Numbered from the stretch's first letter, positions 51,495-60,912 are shown. The stretch is DNA of 64,000 nucleotides from Syntrophales bacterium (GCA_963666365.2 CAXXNF010000002.1:1952001-2016000); one strand, 5' to 3'. The notes: a model not told the origin generated them from the sequence alone. Program-made: numbers and translations.

Positions 51495-54482
51495 TCAGAA
51501 ATGGAATGCATCCCTGAAGATGAGGTATGCCAGCACTAACCCAAAAAGCGTAGCGGCGATTCCCATAATGCCGGCAAGCAGGCGAGTCCTCACGCTGGGC
51601 GCCCTGCGTATCAGCGTTTCCAGGCGATTTTCCGCAATGATCCGCTCGTACTCTTCCGGTCGTTCCTCCTTGAGCGCTGCCACACTATACCGTCCGGTAA
51701 AAATATTCGATTCCATGGGGAATTTGTTCGGCACCAGATGATTATGAAAGTAGTGGACCGTGAAAATGAAGACGGCCGCCAGGAACGCTTCCTCTGAGTG
51801 GGCAACCGTGGCCACGTTGATCATCCACCCTGGCAGGATGTAGGAGAACAACTCCGGGAACCAGAGGATAAGACCCGACATACCGATCACGAACATTCCC
51901 CAGAAAACGGCGAAGAAGTCGAACTTCTCCCAGTAGGTCCAGCGCTCGAAGCGAGGCATCTCCCCCCTGTTGAAGAACCATCGGAACATCCCCTTGAGAT
52001 CAAGCCAGTCCTTCAGGTTAAAGAAAAGTGATTCCGGCCCGAAGAGACGTCCCAGCCATCCGCGGACCCTTCCGTTCGGGAAGAGGAACTTCACGCTTCT
52101 CCAGCATGTGTATATAAAGAGCACCCACAACACAGTGGCGGCTGCGCGGTGCCAGAATCCGGCCATCTCAACCCCGCCCAGCATATTGATGAAGAATTTC
52201 GCCGTTACCGTTTCATGGTATTTAAGCGGGAAGCCAGTAATGACAAGCATAAAAAATGAGATCATCAGGAGAAAATGCATGATGCGATCTCGCCAGGAAA
52301 AACGCTGCACATAGGTAGTCATATCCCCTGAACAGGGCTCTTCCCATTCCATCAAGTGCACACCTCTGCCCGTCCATTTCTTCCAATAGGCCTTCCTCCA
52401 CCAGAGGATAGTATGCACCCAGAAAAAGGCAAACACAAAAATAAGAAGTCCGATCATGAATATATTGGTCCAGAACAATGCAGGATTGTGTTCGGGATCG
52501 CTGTAATCCGGATGAGCTTCATACTTGACGAACCGTGCATGAAATCCACTGTGGCATTGTGCGCAGTCCTTCATAAGATCGCTTTCGTGCACAGTTGATC
52601 GAGGATCCGATGAAGGCAGGATATTGTGGCCGTTATGGCAATCGGCACACCCGGCTACCCGCTCGGCAGTTCCCACGTCAAAAACCTTGCCATGAAATGT
52701 TTCGTGATACAAATCGGCCGCCGAAATTGACATGTTGTTGCGCTTTACCAGTTCCTCATCGCCGTGACAGCTGATGCACGCGACTGTGTATGCCTCCTTT
52801 TCCTGCGCGCGGCCTTCCTTGGTTCCCCTGTCATAAAACGGCGTGTCATGAAGCCCGTGACAATCGGCACAGGAAGCCGCATCCTCATTCCCCTTGAGAA
52901 CGGCGTTACCGTGTCCGTTGCGCACATAGCGGTCCTTTTCGTGACAAGCGGTACAGCGGTTGATTACCGCAGTCTTTGTTCCCCCGTCTTCCTTTTTCCG
53001 AACGTGCGCATCGCTATGACAATCAAGACAGGTTTTCCCCGCCTTGAGGGCGTGCATGTCGTTTTCATATTGCAAGGCGATATCCTTATGGCAGCTCGCA
53101 CAGGCGGTAAGACCCGGCTTCTTCTCCTTTTTCATGTGAGCCGCCACGTCATCTATCCCGGTGTGGCAGGTTGTGCAGGCAAGGATGCCGTGGACCGACT
53201 GTGCGAACCTATCGACGTATTGCGCATCGTTGTGACAGGTAGCGCATTGTATGAGGGCTTCCGCGGTTTTCTTTTCCGCCGGTACCGTCTCCCCGCCCTT
53301 CATCTCTTTTGCCATCGCCGGCTTTGCCGCCGCCTCCGTCTTTGCCGGCTTTACCATCGGCGACGGGATGACGAAATCGAACTCGTGGCACTGGTGACAA
53401 AAGTTCTCCGACGGCTTGTGGGCGTGATGGCAGAGATCGCAGTCCAGCTCGGGGCCGTAATGGGAGTTATGCGGATTGGCCTCTTTGACGTCCTTTGTCG
53501 CCTCAACGAGATCTTCGGGCTTATGACAGGTAAGGCAGTGACTCGTGCCCACGAACTTCGGGGGATCGGTCTCGCCGTGACACCCGGCGCAGGAGACCCC
53601 GCCTAAGAGGTGGCTGTGGCTCAGGGGGAGCACGCTGGTCAGCTTCGGATCGTCTTCCTTATGGCAGGCCATGCACTGGGCGAGATCCATCCCCTTCGTG
53701 TCGGGGTGCGTCCCGGGAATCATGGCCTCCTTGTGACAGGCGGCACAGTCTCCACCCCTCGCTGCTGCTGAGGGCGCCGTCTCGGGAGCGGGTGCGATTG
53801 CGGCAATCGTCTTTTCCTCAGAGGCCTTTTCCTGACCGACCGTTACAGCCGCCGGCGCAGTCTTCTTCGATTCTTCACCCTTCGAGGGCTCTTTCGCCGC
53901 AGGCGCCTCTTTCTTCGCGGGCGCTACCATCGGCGACGGGATGACGAAATCGAACTCGTGGCACTGGTGACAAAAGTTCTCCGACGGCTTGTGGGCGTGA
54001 TGGCAGAGATCGCAGTCCAGCTCGGGGCCGTAATGGGAGTTATGCGGATTGGCCTCTTTGACGTCCTTTGTCGCCTCAACGAGATCTTCGGGCTTATGAC
54101 AGGTAAGGCAGTGACTCGTGCCCACGAACTTCGGGGGATCGGTCTCGCCGTGACACCCGGCGCAGGAGACCCCGCCTAAGAGGTGGCTGTGGCTCAGGGG
54201 GAGCACGCTGGTCAGCTTCGGATCGTCTTCCTTATGGCAGGCCATGCACTGGCCGAGATCCATTCCCTTCGTGTCGGGATGCGCCTCGGGCACCATGGTA
54301 TTCCCCTCATGGCACAGTGCACATTCCCCGCCTTTTGCAGTCGGCACTGCTTCGGGTTCCGCCGAGAGTGCAGTCTTTGAATCGGCGCTGCAGAAAATGA
54401 AAAAAAGACACGCAACGAGGAAAGGGATGATGCTTCTGCGGCTCCGGATTGGAAACTCACGCATATGTGGGTTTGGCTTCAT
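51495..54482 (-). CDS. 21-heme c-type cytochrome fused to a cytochrome b domain (two 6-heme flavocytochrome-type modules + CbcL-like 9-heme/cyt b unit)
   Basis: Signal peptide; 21 CxxCH counted (6+6+9); Ala/Pro/Lys-rich linkers; TM domain with RIMH, FWHR, YWEKFDFFAVFWG, VAHSEEA and VHYFH. AGGGGG RBS before the ATG at 54482. Confidence 0.9.
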   Translation of the reverse strand: MKPNPHMREFPIRSRRSIIPFLVACLFFIFCSADSKTALSAEPEAVPTAKGGECALCHEGNTMVPEAHPDTKGMDLGQCMACHKEDDPKLTSVLPLSHSHLLGGVSCAGCHGETDPPKFVGTSHCLTCHKPEDLVEATKDVKEANPHNSHYGPELDCDLCHHAHKPSENFCHQCHEFDFVIPSPMVAPAKKEAPAAKEPSKGEESKKTAPAAVTVGQEKASEEKTIAAIAPAPETAPSAAARGGDCAACHKEAMIPGTHPDTKGMDLAQCMACHKEDDPKLTSVLPLSHSHLLGGVSCAGCHGETDPPKFVGTSHCLTCHKPEDLVEATKDVKEANPHNSHYGPELDCDLCHHAHKPSENFCHQCHEFDFVIPSPMVKPAKTEAAAKPAMAKEMKGGETVPAEKKTAEALIQCATCHNDAQYVDRFAQSVHGILACTTCHTGIDDVAAHMKKEKKPGLTACASCHKDIALQYENDMHALKAGKTCLDCHSDAHVRKKEDGGTKTAVINRCTACHEKDRYVRNGHGNAVLKGNEDAASCADCHGLHDTPFYDRGTKEGRAQEKEAYTVACISCHGDEELVKRNNMSISAADLYHETFHGKVFDVGTAERVAGCADCHNGHNILPSSDPRSTVHESDLMKDCAQCHSGFHARFVKYEAHPDYSDPEHNPALFWTNIFMIGLLIFVFAFFWVHTILWWRKAYWKKWTGRGVHLMEWEEPCSGDMTTYVQRFSWRDRIMHFLLMISFFMLVITGFPLKYHETVTAKFFINMLGGVEMAGFWHRAAATVLWVLFIYTCWRSVKFLFPNGRVRGWLGRLFGPESLFFNLKDWLDLKGMFRWFFNRGEMPRFERWTYWEKFDFFAVFWGMFVIGMSGLILWFPELFSYILPGWMINVATVAHSEEAFLAAVFIFTVHYFHNHLVPNKFPMESNIFTGRYSVAALKEERPEEYERIIAENRLETLIRRAPSVRTRLLAGIMGIAATLFGLVLAYLIFRDAFHF
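53352..54252. repeat. Intragenic direct repeat: 328 bp identical at 53352-53679 and 53925-54252 (period 573 bp)
   Basis: Compared by eye base by base; the identity breaks at 53680/54253 and the flanks diverge. Confidence 0.9.
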
Positions 54483-54626
54483 ACTTCCCCCTGATCGGAT
54501 TCGGCAGTGCAACTCGCGATACTACCCATATTAAAAACCTACCGGCTGCCGCCGCGTGGTGGCATATGTCCCTCTCCACCCCGCGACGGCTTCGGTTAAC
54601 CACACAATCAGTTGCTCTTCCCGCCG

Positions 54627-56159
54627 TTATACTTTCGCGGCGGCACTCTGGCCGGCAATGCGTCCGAAGACGATGCAATCGAGCACGGCGCAGCTTCCCA
54701 GACGCACGGCGCCGTGGACACCGCCGGTAATCTCACCGGCCGCGTAAAGTCCCGGGATGGGTTTACGATCAAGCCCGATAACCTGCGCCTTCGTATTTAT
54801 CTGAATGCCGCCCATGGTATGATGCACCTTGGGCCAGGCGCGACATCCATAGAACGGAGGCGTTACCATCGGTTTCTGGTCGGTCTGCAGATATCGGCCG
54901 AATTCCTCATCCTTGCCCTGTTTCACATACTTGTTCCACTTGTTTATCGTTTCCTTGACTGTGTCCACCGGAATCTTATATTCGGCGGCCAAGGCCTCGA
55001 TGGTGTCGAACTTCTTCGCCACGCCCTTTGCCAGGATCTTGTCGAGGATGGGAACCCGTTTGACCCCTTCACTGTCTGCAATGGTAATGGCCGGATGTCC
55101 CGTCCTGATAATGGCATCGGCACGGATCTTTCGGTCTGCCAATTCATTGATGAAGCGCTTCCCCGTTTGCGGATCCACCATGACACCATAGACAAAACCG
55201 GCTATGGCGTTGAAGACATAGCCGATGCCCATGCCTTTCTCGTCGGGACTGGTCCAGGGACCGAGCTGTATCCAGGAAATCTGCACGGGCGTCGCGCCTG
55301 ACCTGAGCGCATCCATGAGCACCTCTCCCGTTGCCCCGGGCTGATTGGTGGAATCCACATCGGCCGTCAGCTTCGGATCCTGGATCGTTCTGAAATAGAG
55401 ATCCCTGCCGAAACCGCCAGAGGCGAGCACGAGCCCCTTGTTGGCCTTCAGATATTTTACCGTGCCGGTGCTCTCATCGGGGAAGCGGTAGCCTTCTCTG
55501 ATCTTCAGGCCGGCAACCTTCCCGTCCTTATCCTGGATGATGGACATGACATAGGCCTGCATCCTCACCTCGACACCAAGGCCCTTTACCTTCTCCAGCT
55601 CCTTCATTACGATGGCCGATCCGCTGCTGTTGTAGGTCGAATAGCTGCGGGGGACCGAATGGCCGCCCAGATGGGTTACCCGGTCCTTGTACTTGACGCC
55701 CAGCATCTCCGTCCATTCCGCTGCTTCCCGCGACTTTTCCGCAATCATCCTGGCCAGATCCACATGATTGAGGTAGAGCCCGGCCTTCAACATATCCTTC
55801 AGCAGCAGTTCCGGCGAATCCTTGATCCCTTCCGCCTCCTGCTTCGGTGATCCCGCCACGGCAAAGACGCCGCCGTTGATGATGGAGTTCCCTCCGGGAA
55901 CACGCATTTTCTCAAGAACCACGGTCGAAGCGCCCGCCTGCTTCGCCTCGATGGCCGCAGCCAGACCGGCGAACCCGCTGCCGACCACCACCACATCGAA
56001 CTCCTCGTCCCATTTGGCGGGCATGTCGGCGCCATAGGCCTTAAGAGGACCGGCAAGCAGGGAACCGGCTGCCACACCGGCCAGCGCGGCGCCACCTGTG
56101 GTCTTCATGAACCCTCTTCGCGTCAAACCCTCAGCTACATTGTTTTTTTCATCTTTCAT
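54627..56159 (-). CDS. Tat-exported flavocytochrome c flavoprotein subunit 1 (no heme domain)
   Basis: TRRGFMK, VGSGFAGLAA, GGNSIINGG, GGHSVPR, KVHHTMGG and HGAVRLG. Confidence 0.92.
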   Translation of the reverse strand: MKDEKNNVAEGLTRRGFMKTTGGAALAGVAAGSLLAGPLKAYGADMPAKWDEEFDVVVVGSGFAGLAAAIEAKQAGASTVVLEKMRVPGGNSIINGGVFAVAGSPKQEAEGIKDSPELLLKDMLKAGLYLNHVDLARMIAEKSREAAEWTEMLGVKYKDRVTHLGGHSVPRSYSTYNSSGSAIVMKELEKVKGLGVEVRMQAYVMSIIQDKDGKVAGLKIREGYRFPDESTGTVKYLKANKGLVLASGGFGRDLYFRTIQDPKLTADVDSTNQPGATGEVLMDALRSGATPVQISWIQLGPWTSPDEKGMGIGYVFNAIAGFVYGVMVDPQTGKRFINELADRKIRADAIIRTGHPAITIADSEGVKRVPILDKILAKGVAKKFDTIEALAAEYKIPVDTVKETINKWNKYVKQGKDEEFGRYLQTDQKPMVTPPFYGCRAWPKVHHTMGGIQINTKAQVIGLDRKPIPGLYAAGEITGGVHGAVRLGSCAVLDCIVFGRIAGQSAAAKV

Positions 56160-56192
56160 ACCCAATCTCCTTTGTTTCTATAGTGAACACTT

Positions 56193-56226
56193 GTATTGAT
56201 TGTAAAACAATACCAATGCAAGTCAA
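56193..56226 (-). promoter_or_regulatory. Candidate internal promoter with an overlapping palindrome, upstream of flavoprotein 1
   Basis: Minus strand TTGACT-N16-TACAAT; the palindrome ATTGT-N3-ACAAT (56199-56211) overlaps the -10. Confidence 0.5.
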
Positions 56227-56456
56227 GGGCGCAGAGCCGAGTATTTTCCCTACTTTAGACGCTGAAAAGACTATTTTTTCACACTCCAAATACTGATAGG
56301 TCCTCTCCATGTGCAGCGATGCCCGCTCATCAGTGCATAGGCAGGGGCAATTCAGGCCCACACTATGCAGGGCCAATGCGATGTGCGGCAAAAAATAATC
56401 CTTTTCCGCCGCATTCCGCATCCTCATTTCAACCCAAGTCCTGTGGCGCGGCTTTT

Positions 56457-58007
56457 TTACAGGGCAGCCGCATTCTTGCCCGCAATACGTCCGAAGACCA
56501 GACAATCCACCACGGCACAACTGCCGAGGCGCACCGCTCCGTGAACGCCGCCGGCCACTTCGCCGGCCGCATAAAGCCCCTTGATCGGAGCACCGTCCAC
56601 ATCGATCACCTCTGCCTTGTCATTGATCTGCACACCGCCCATGGTATGGTGCACCTTCGGCCAGAGTCTGACGGCATAAAAGGGAGAAGTCGCAATCGGT
56701 TTGGCGTCGGGCTGGAGGAATCGTCCGAATTCCTTGTCCATTCCCGTCTTCAGATATGAGTTGTAGTCGTCGACGGTCTTTTTGACAGCCGCAAAGGGTA
56801 TTTCATAGGCCGCGGCCAGTGCCTCGAGGGTATCAAATTTTTTGACGACGCCACGCTCCAGGAGTTTTTTCACTGCACCGGGAGGACCTCCGCACTTTTT
56901 CGATCCCTCTTCGTCGGAGATACCGATCGCCGCATGACCGGTTCTGATGATGGCGTCGGCCCGAATTTTGCGATTTGCAAGCTCACTGATGAAGCGCTTT
57001 CCCGTTGCGGGATCCACCATGACACCGTAGCTGAAAACCGGACCCGTTGCGAAATGGGGCGCCAGCCCGAAGCCCTTTTCGTCAGGACTTGCCCAGGGAC
57101 CGAGCTGAATCCAGGAGGGCTGCACGGGATTCGCGCCAAGCCTGAAAAGCTCCTTGAGCCCTTCGGCGGTGGCGCCCGGCTGATTCGTGGAATTGACCTT
57201 GGCTATGAGCTTTGGATCCTGCGTCATTCTGTAGTGCACGTCCTGAGAAAATCCGCCCGTTGCCATCACAAGACCCTTCTTTGTGCGGATCGTCTTGACA
57301 GCGCCGCTCTTTTCATCGGGAAAGCGATACCCTTCCCGTATCTGGATACCGGCAATACGCCCATCCTTGTCTCTGAATATTCTTTCCAGATAGGCCTGCG
57401 TAACGATGGGCACACCCAGCTCCTTTAGTTTGGCCGCTTCCTTCATGACAATGCCCGAACCGCTGTAGTTCGAAGTGGGGCAGCTTCTAGCCACGGCATG
57501 ACCCCCCATATGGAGAAGCTGCGCCGCTTTTCCGAATTTGACGTCAAGATGCTCCTTGCACCAATTGTATGCGTCCCTGGATTGATAGGCCACCATTTTT
57601 GCCAGCTCGGGGTAGTTCAAGTACAGTCCGGCCTTCATCATGTCTTCCAGCATCAGCTCCGGAGAATCCTTAATCCCTCTCTCATCCTGCATATCGGATC
57701 CGGCCACGGCCATGACGCCACCGTTAATAATTGAATTGCCTCCATTCACGCGCATTTTCTCATAGACCGCAACCGACGCGCCCGCCTCCTTGGCCTCGAT
57801 TGCCGCGGCAAGCCCTGCAAAACCGCTGCCGATGACGGCCACATCGATTTCCTCGTCCCATTTCTGGGGCATCTCGGCGCTGAACGCCTTTGACGGACCG
57901 GCCAGCAATCCACCGGCGGCAACGCCGCCAAGGGCGACAGTGCCCGTTGTTTTGAGGAACCCTCTACGGGTCAAACCCTCATTTTTTGGTAATGTATCTT
58001 TCGCCAT
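56457..58007 (-). CDS. Tat-exported flavocytochrome c flavoprotein subunit 2 (no heme domain)
   Basis: TRRGFLK and the same FAD and active-site motifs as its paralog at 54627-56159. Confidence 0.92.
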   Translation of the reverse strand: MAKDTLPKNEGLTRRGFLKTTGTVALGGVAAGGLLAGPSKAFSAEMPQKWDEEIDVAVIGSGFAGLAAAIEAKEAGASVAVYEKMRVNGGNSIINGGVMAVAGSDMQDERGIKDSPELMLEDMMKAGLYLNYPELAKMVAYQSRDAYNWCKEHLDVKFGKAAQLLHMGGHAVARSCPTSNYSGSGIVMKEAAKLKELGVPIVTQAYLERIFRDKDGRIAGIQIREGYRFPDEKSGAVKTIRTKKGLVMATGGFSQDVHYRMTQDPKLIAKVNSTNQPGATAEGLKELFRLGANPVQPSWIQLGPWASPDEKGFGLAPHFATGPVFSYGVMVDPATGKRFISELANRKIRADAIIRTGHAAIGISDEEGSKKCGGPPGAVKKLLERGVVKKFDTLEALAAAYEIPFAAVKKTVDDYNSYLKTGMDKEFGRFLQPDAKPIATSPFYAVRLWPKVHHTMGGVQINDKAEVIDVDGAPIKGLYAAGEVAGGVHGAVRLGSCAVVDCLVFGRIAGKNAAAL

Positions 58008-58139
58008 ATTAAACCTCCTTGTTAAGGTAATAATGAAATGTAATCGGCGCCACTAAACCCTGAGGACTTCGTCGCGCACTATTGAAGCACCCCGAGAGCA
58101 TAATTCGGGATTCTTTTACCTTTGTGAGAGAACTTTTCC

Positions 58140-58157
58140 TTATGAAAGCATTCACAA
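58140..58157. promoter_or_regulatory. Candidate Rex operator
   Basis: TTATGAA-AGCA-TTCACAA; one mismatch to TTGTGAA-N4-TTCACAA. Confidence 0.55.
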
Positions 58158-58245
58158 ACTTTCATTTTTCTCAGACTACTTTTGGTGCAATTTGTAAGAA
58201 CTCTGAATCGAAAATATCAGAGCGCATAGTAGAGGACAGACCGGA

Positions 58246-58380
58246 AATGAATTACCCCGCCGCAAGCTACGGGGGAATTAGCCCACAGGAAATAAATCAC
58301 ATTGGGGTTTTTACTCCTCGCCCCTTGGGACATTCAATGCTTTTAAAGATACCCCGCTGCTTGCGGCGGGGCAATTCATT
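58246..58380. mobile_element. 135-bp non-autonomous element with hairpin-containing inverted ends (MITE / IS200-IS605-end-like)
   Basis: Left end AATGAATTACCCCGCCGCAAGCTACGGGG; reverse complement of the right end AATGAATTGCCCCGCCGCAAGCAGCGGGG (26/29 match). Confidence 0.65.
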
Positions 58381-58520
58381 ATCAAAACGGTTTATTATGA
58401 TAAAAACTATCTTTCAAGTCAAGCATTTTCCTTTGACTTTTAGTCTGCTGTGTGTTGCTTCGATTACATTATGAGGGAAATTGTGGGAAATAACACCAGT
58501 GAAACGCTCAGGCTTTACCT

Positions 58521-59144
58521 TTAATGCCCTTCCTTATTGTCGTACCCAGTAATCATGGCGCTGAAATTTGCAACAACTGTGTGGCCGGTGGTGGCAAGGT
58601 AGATGTGCGCTATAAAAAACAAGCAGAAAATAGCTGCCATAATATAGTGGAACACCGCCACGGTCGCTAATCCACCGACAGACGCCACCAGGGGCTCGAA
58701 AAAGGAGGGATAGAGGTATATGATACCGCTGATCAACAGGAGCGGCATCATGATGAACATAAACATAAAATACGTTGCTTTCTGCAACGGATTAAACTTG
58801 TTGTCTTCCGACGGATTATAGGGATGGGGCCTGTTTTTGAAAATATCATACAGATAAAATCGCGCCTGCACGATCATGCCCGGATGAATATCTTCTTTTC
58901 TCATCACATAATGCGAAATCCTCTTTGAAATCAAATTATAAGCCAACCAGAAAACAAAATCGGCAACGAGCACCCATCCCAACCAGTTATGCAGTGAAAG
59001 CGCATTTGAAAAGCTTCCAAAAATATTAACGCTGTCCGGCCAGTGCATCTGGATACCTGTTAAAATAAGCAATAATATTAAAAGTGCATGAATCCAATGC
59101 CATATGCGCTCGGCGATCGGATGCAGATATATTTTCTCTGACAT
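58521..59144 (-). CDS. Di-heme cytochrome b (hydrogenase/thiosulfate reductase cytochrome b type)
   Basis: ERIWHW, LHNW, KFNPLQK, VFHY and AHIYLATTG. Confidence 0.9.
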   Translation of the reverse strand: MSEKIYLHPIAERIWHWIHALLILLLILTGIQMHWPDSVNIFGSFSNALSLHNWLGWVLVADFVFWLAYNLISKRISHYVMRKEDIHPGMIVQARFYLYDIFKNRPHPYNPSEDNKFNPLQKATYFMFMFIMMPLLLISGIIYLYPSFFEPLVASVGGLATVAVFHYIMAAIFCLFFIAHIYLATTGHTVVANFSAMITGYDNKEGH

Positions 59145-59148
59145 GTTC

Positions 59149-60912
59149 TTATTTTCTCCTCTTGCCGGTAAATCTCAATGCTCCGTGCACTGCACATCCC
59201 ACAAGCGTAAGAAGCGCCAGCAAAATTACAACGACGTCGAGAGCCGGAATTCTATTGCTGCCCACCACATAATTCCCTTTTTCAATAAGCCCGGCGTTGG
59301 TAAATTTCCAATTGGCCAGCGAATAATCCGGTTTTCCTTCAGCCTCTTTCAAGAGAATCGTGTTGTATGTATGACAAAGCTGACAATCGTCAACGGGAGC
59401 TGCCATTGAAGGATCGTGACATACGAGACAATCGGTTTTTTTCAGGTGAAGCTTCGGCTGTTCCAGCCAGTTATGCCGCACGGATGGAGCGGGCTTTAAC
59501 GTAACGAACACATCTTTGTTTGCATCGATTTCCCACGATTCGGCAGCATCCTTTTCCGTCAGAAACAGTTCATCCTTTCCGTGACAGGAAAGGCACGTTT
59601 CGTTTTGTGGGGTCTTCAGTTGAATGCTATGCGGCGTTGCATATTTCCATGTTTGCACTTTGCCCACTTCAGTCAGGGCGTCCTTCACGTAAAAATCAAA
59701 GAGATCCGGACTTACGGGAATATGTCGAACCGTCACATATTGCTCAGGCCGGTCTTCGCTCATTTTCGGATTCATTCCGATTTTGAAGCCCACCTTTGAC
59801 GGCTTTGTTTTAAAATAGGGAGCACCTGATGCGTCTTTACCCACATGACAACTATAACAGTGTTTATAAGGCATCGCGTGACATACTTGACAACTCACCT
59901 TGTCTTTGTGAATCATATGGCTCGGATGTACACGCTCTTTCGCTTCACTTTCGTCTTGCGCCGCTTCATCTTCAGAACCTGCCAATTTATGACACTTTTC
60001 GCACCTTGACCCGTCTGCAACGTCATATCTGTCAAAGGTCTCATGGCTCATGCCGTTTCCGTGCATTTCATCACCGGAATGGCAATCCATACATGACATA
60101 CATTTATCAATACGGTGCACATCACCCTGCACACCCTTATTCTGGCCGTAGAATTCCTTGCCTACCCTGCTTCCGTGACAGGAGGTGCAATTTGTTTCAA
60201 CAGGAGGAGTTTTCTGAAAAATGTGGCCTTCTACGAATCCGCCTTCGACGGAATTGGGACGGCTTACGTGACATTGACCGCAACTGCTGTGACACTTCAT
60301 ACAGTGCGTTTCCATGGCGCAGTCTATTTTTTCACGTACCGATGGATCCGCATTTGCCCTTAGATAAATTTTGTTTTTAAACGGGGCAAGCGTTACATGC
60401 AGATTTGTTTTGTTTTTTTCTGCAATTTCCGGATGTCCCTCTTCATCGTCTACGAAGTGGCACTCGCCGCACTTCTGCACAGGATCGGGATAGGAAGGAT
60501 CTCTCATCAGACCTTCATGTGCCGTCTCATAATCATCGCTTTCAGGATCGCCACCATGGCACTGTTCACAGGATATCTGCCCATGGACATCATCGTCGAT
60601 GAAATCAGAGTCAACCAGCACTTTTTCGTATGGCTCCAACTGAGCCACAGCTCCGCCTCACCCTTCGCCTTCCGATTCAGCGGACTTTTTCTGCTGAGGA
60701 TTTTTCGCTGCAATCTCTTTTGTAATTCTTACCAGCTCTTTCACACTTGTATGGCATGAGACGCAGCCGCTTTCCTCGGCACTAACCATCTGCCCCGCAC
60801 CAAGAAAAACAACAACAAAGATGGCAGCAACAATAACAAAAAGTTCTGACGTGTACCGCGCACACATTATTTTGTGTGCAGAAACCCCTCTGTAAACAAT
60901 GCGTTCTTTCAT
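59149..60912 (-). CDS. 13-heme c-type cytochrome with an in-frame UGA (60658-60660); probable selenoprotein
   Basis: The 84-aa ORF (signal peptide, 1 CxxCH) and the 499-aa ORF (12 CxxCH, C-terminal TM, no signal peptide) are in-frame through SEGEG-U-GGAVAQLEPYEK. Confidence 0.82.
60629..60649 (-). promoter_or_regulatory. SECIS-like hairpin after the cytochrome UGA
   Basis: mRNA UGUGGCUC-AGUUG-GAGCCAUA; the loop starts 16 nt 3' of the UGA and has G-U at loop positions 2-3. Confidence 0.72.

Noticed and set aside
53352..54252. Template/variable repeat pair of a diversity-generating retroelement, or a CRISPR-like repeat
   Set aside because: The copies are identical with no adenine-specific differences, both are coding, and no reverse transcriptase or cas gene is present
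58082..58474. 130-aa plus-strand ORF containing MNYPAASYGG
   Set aside because: It reads through the palindromic element and promoter DNA and has no protein features
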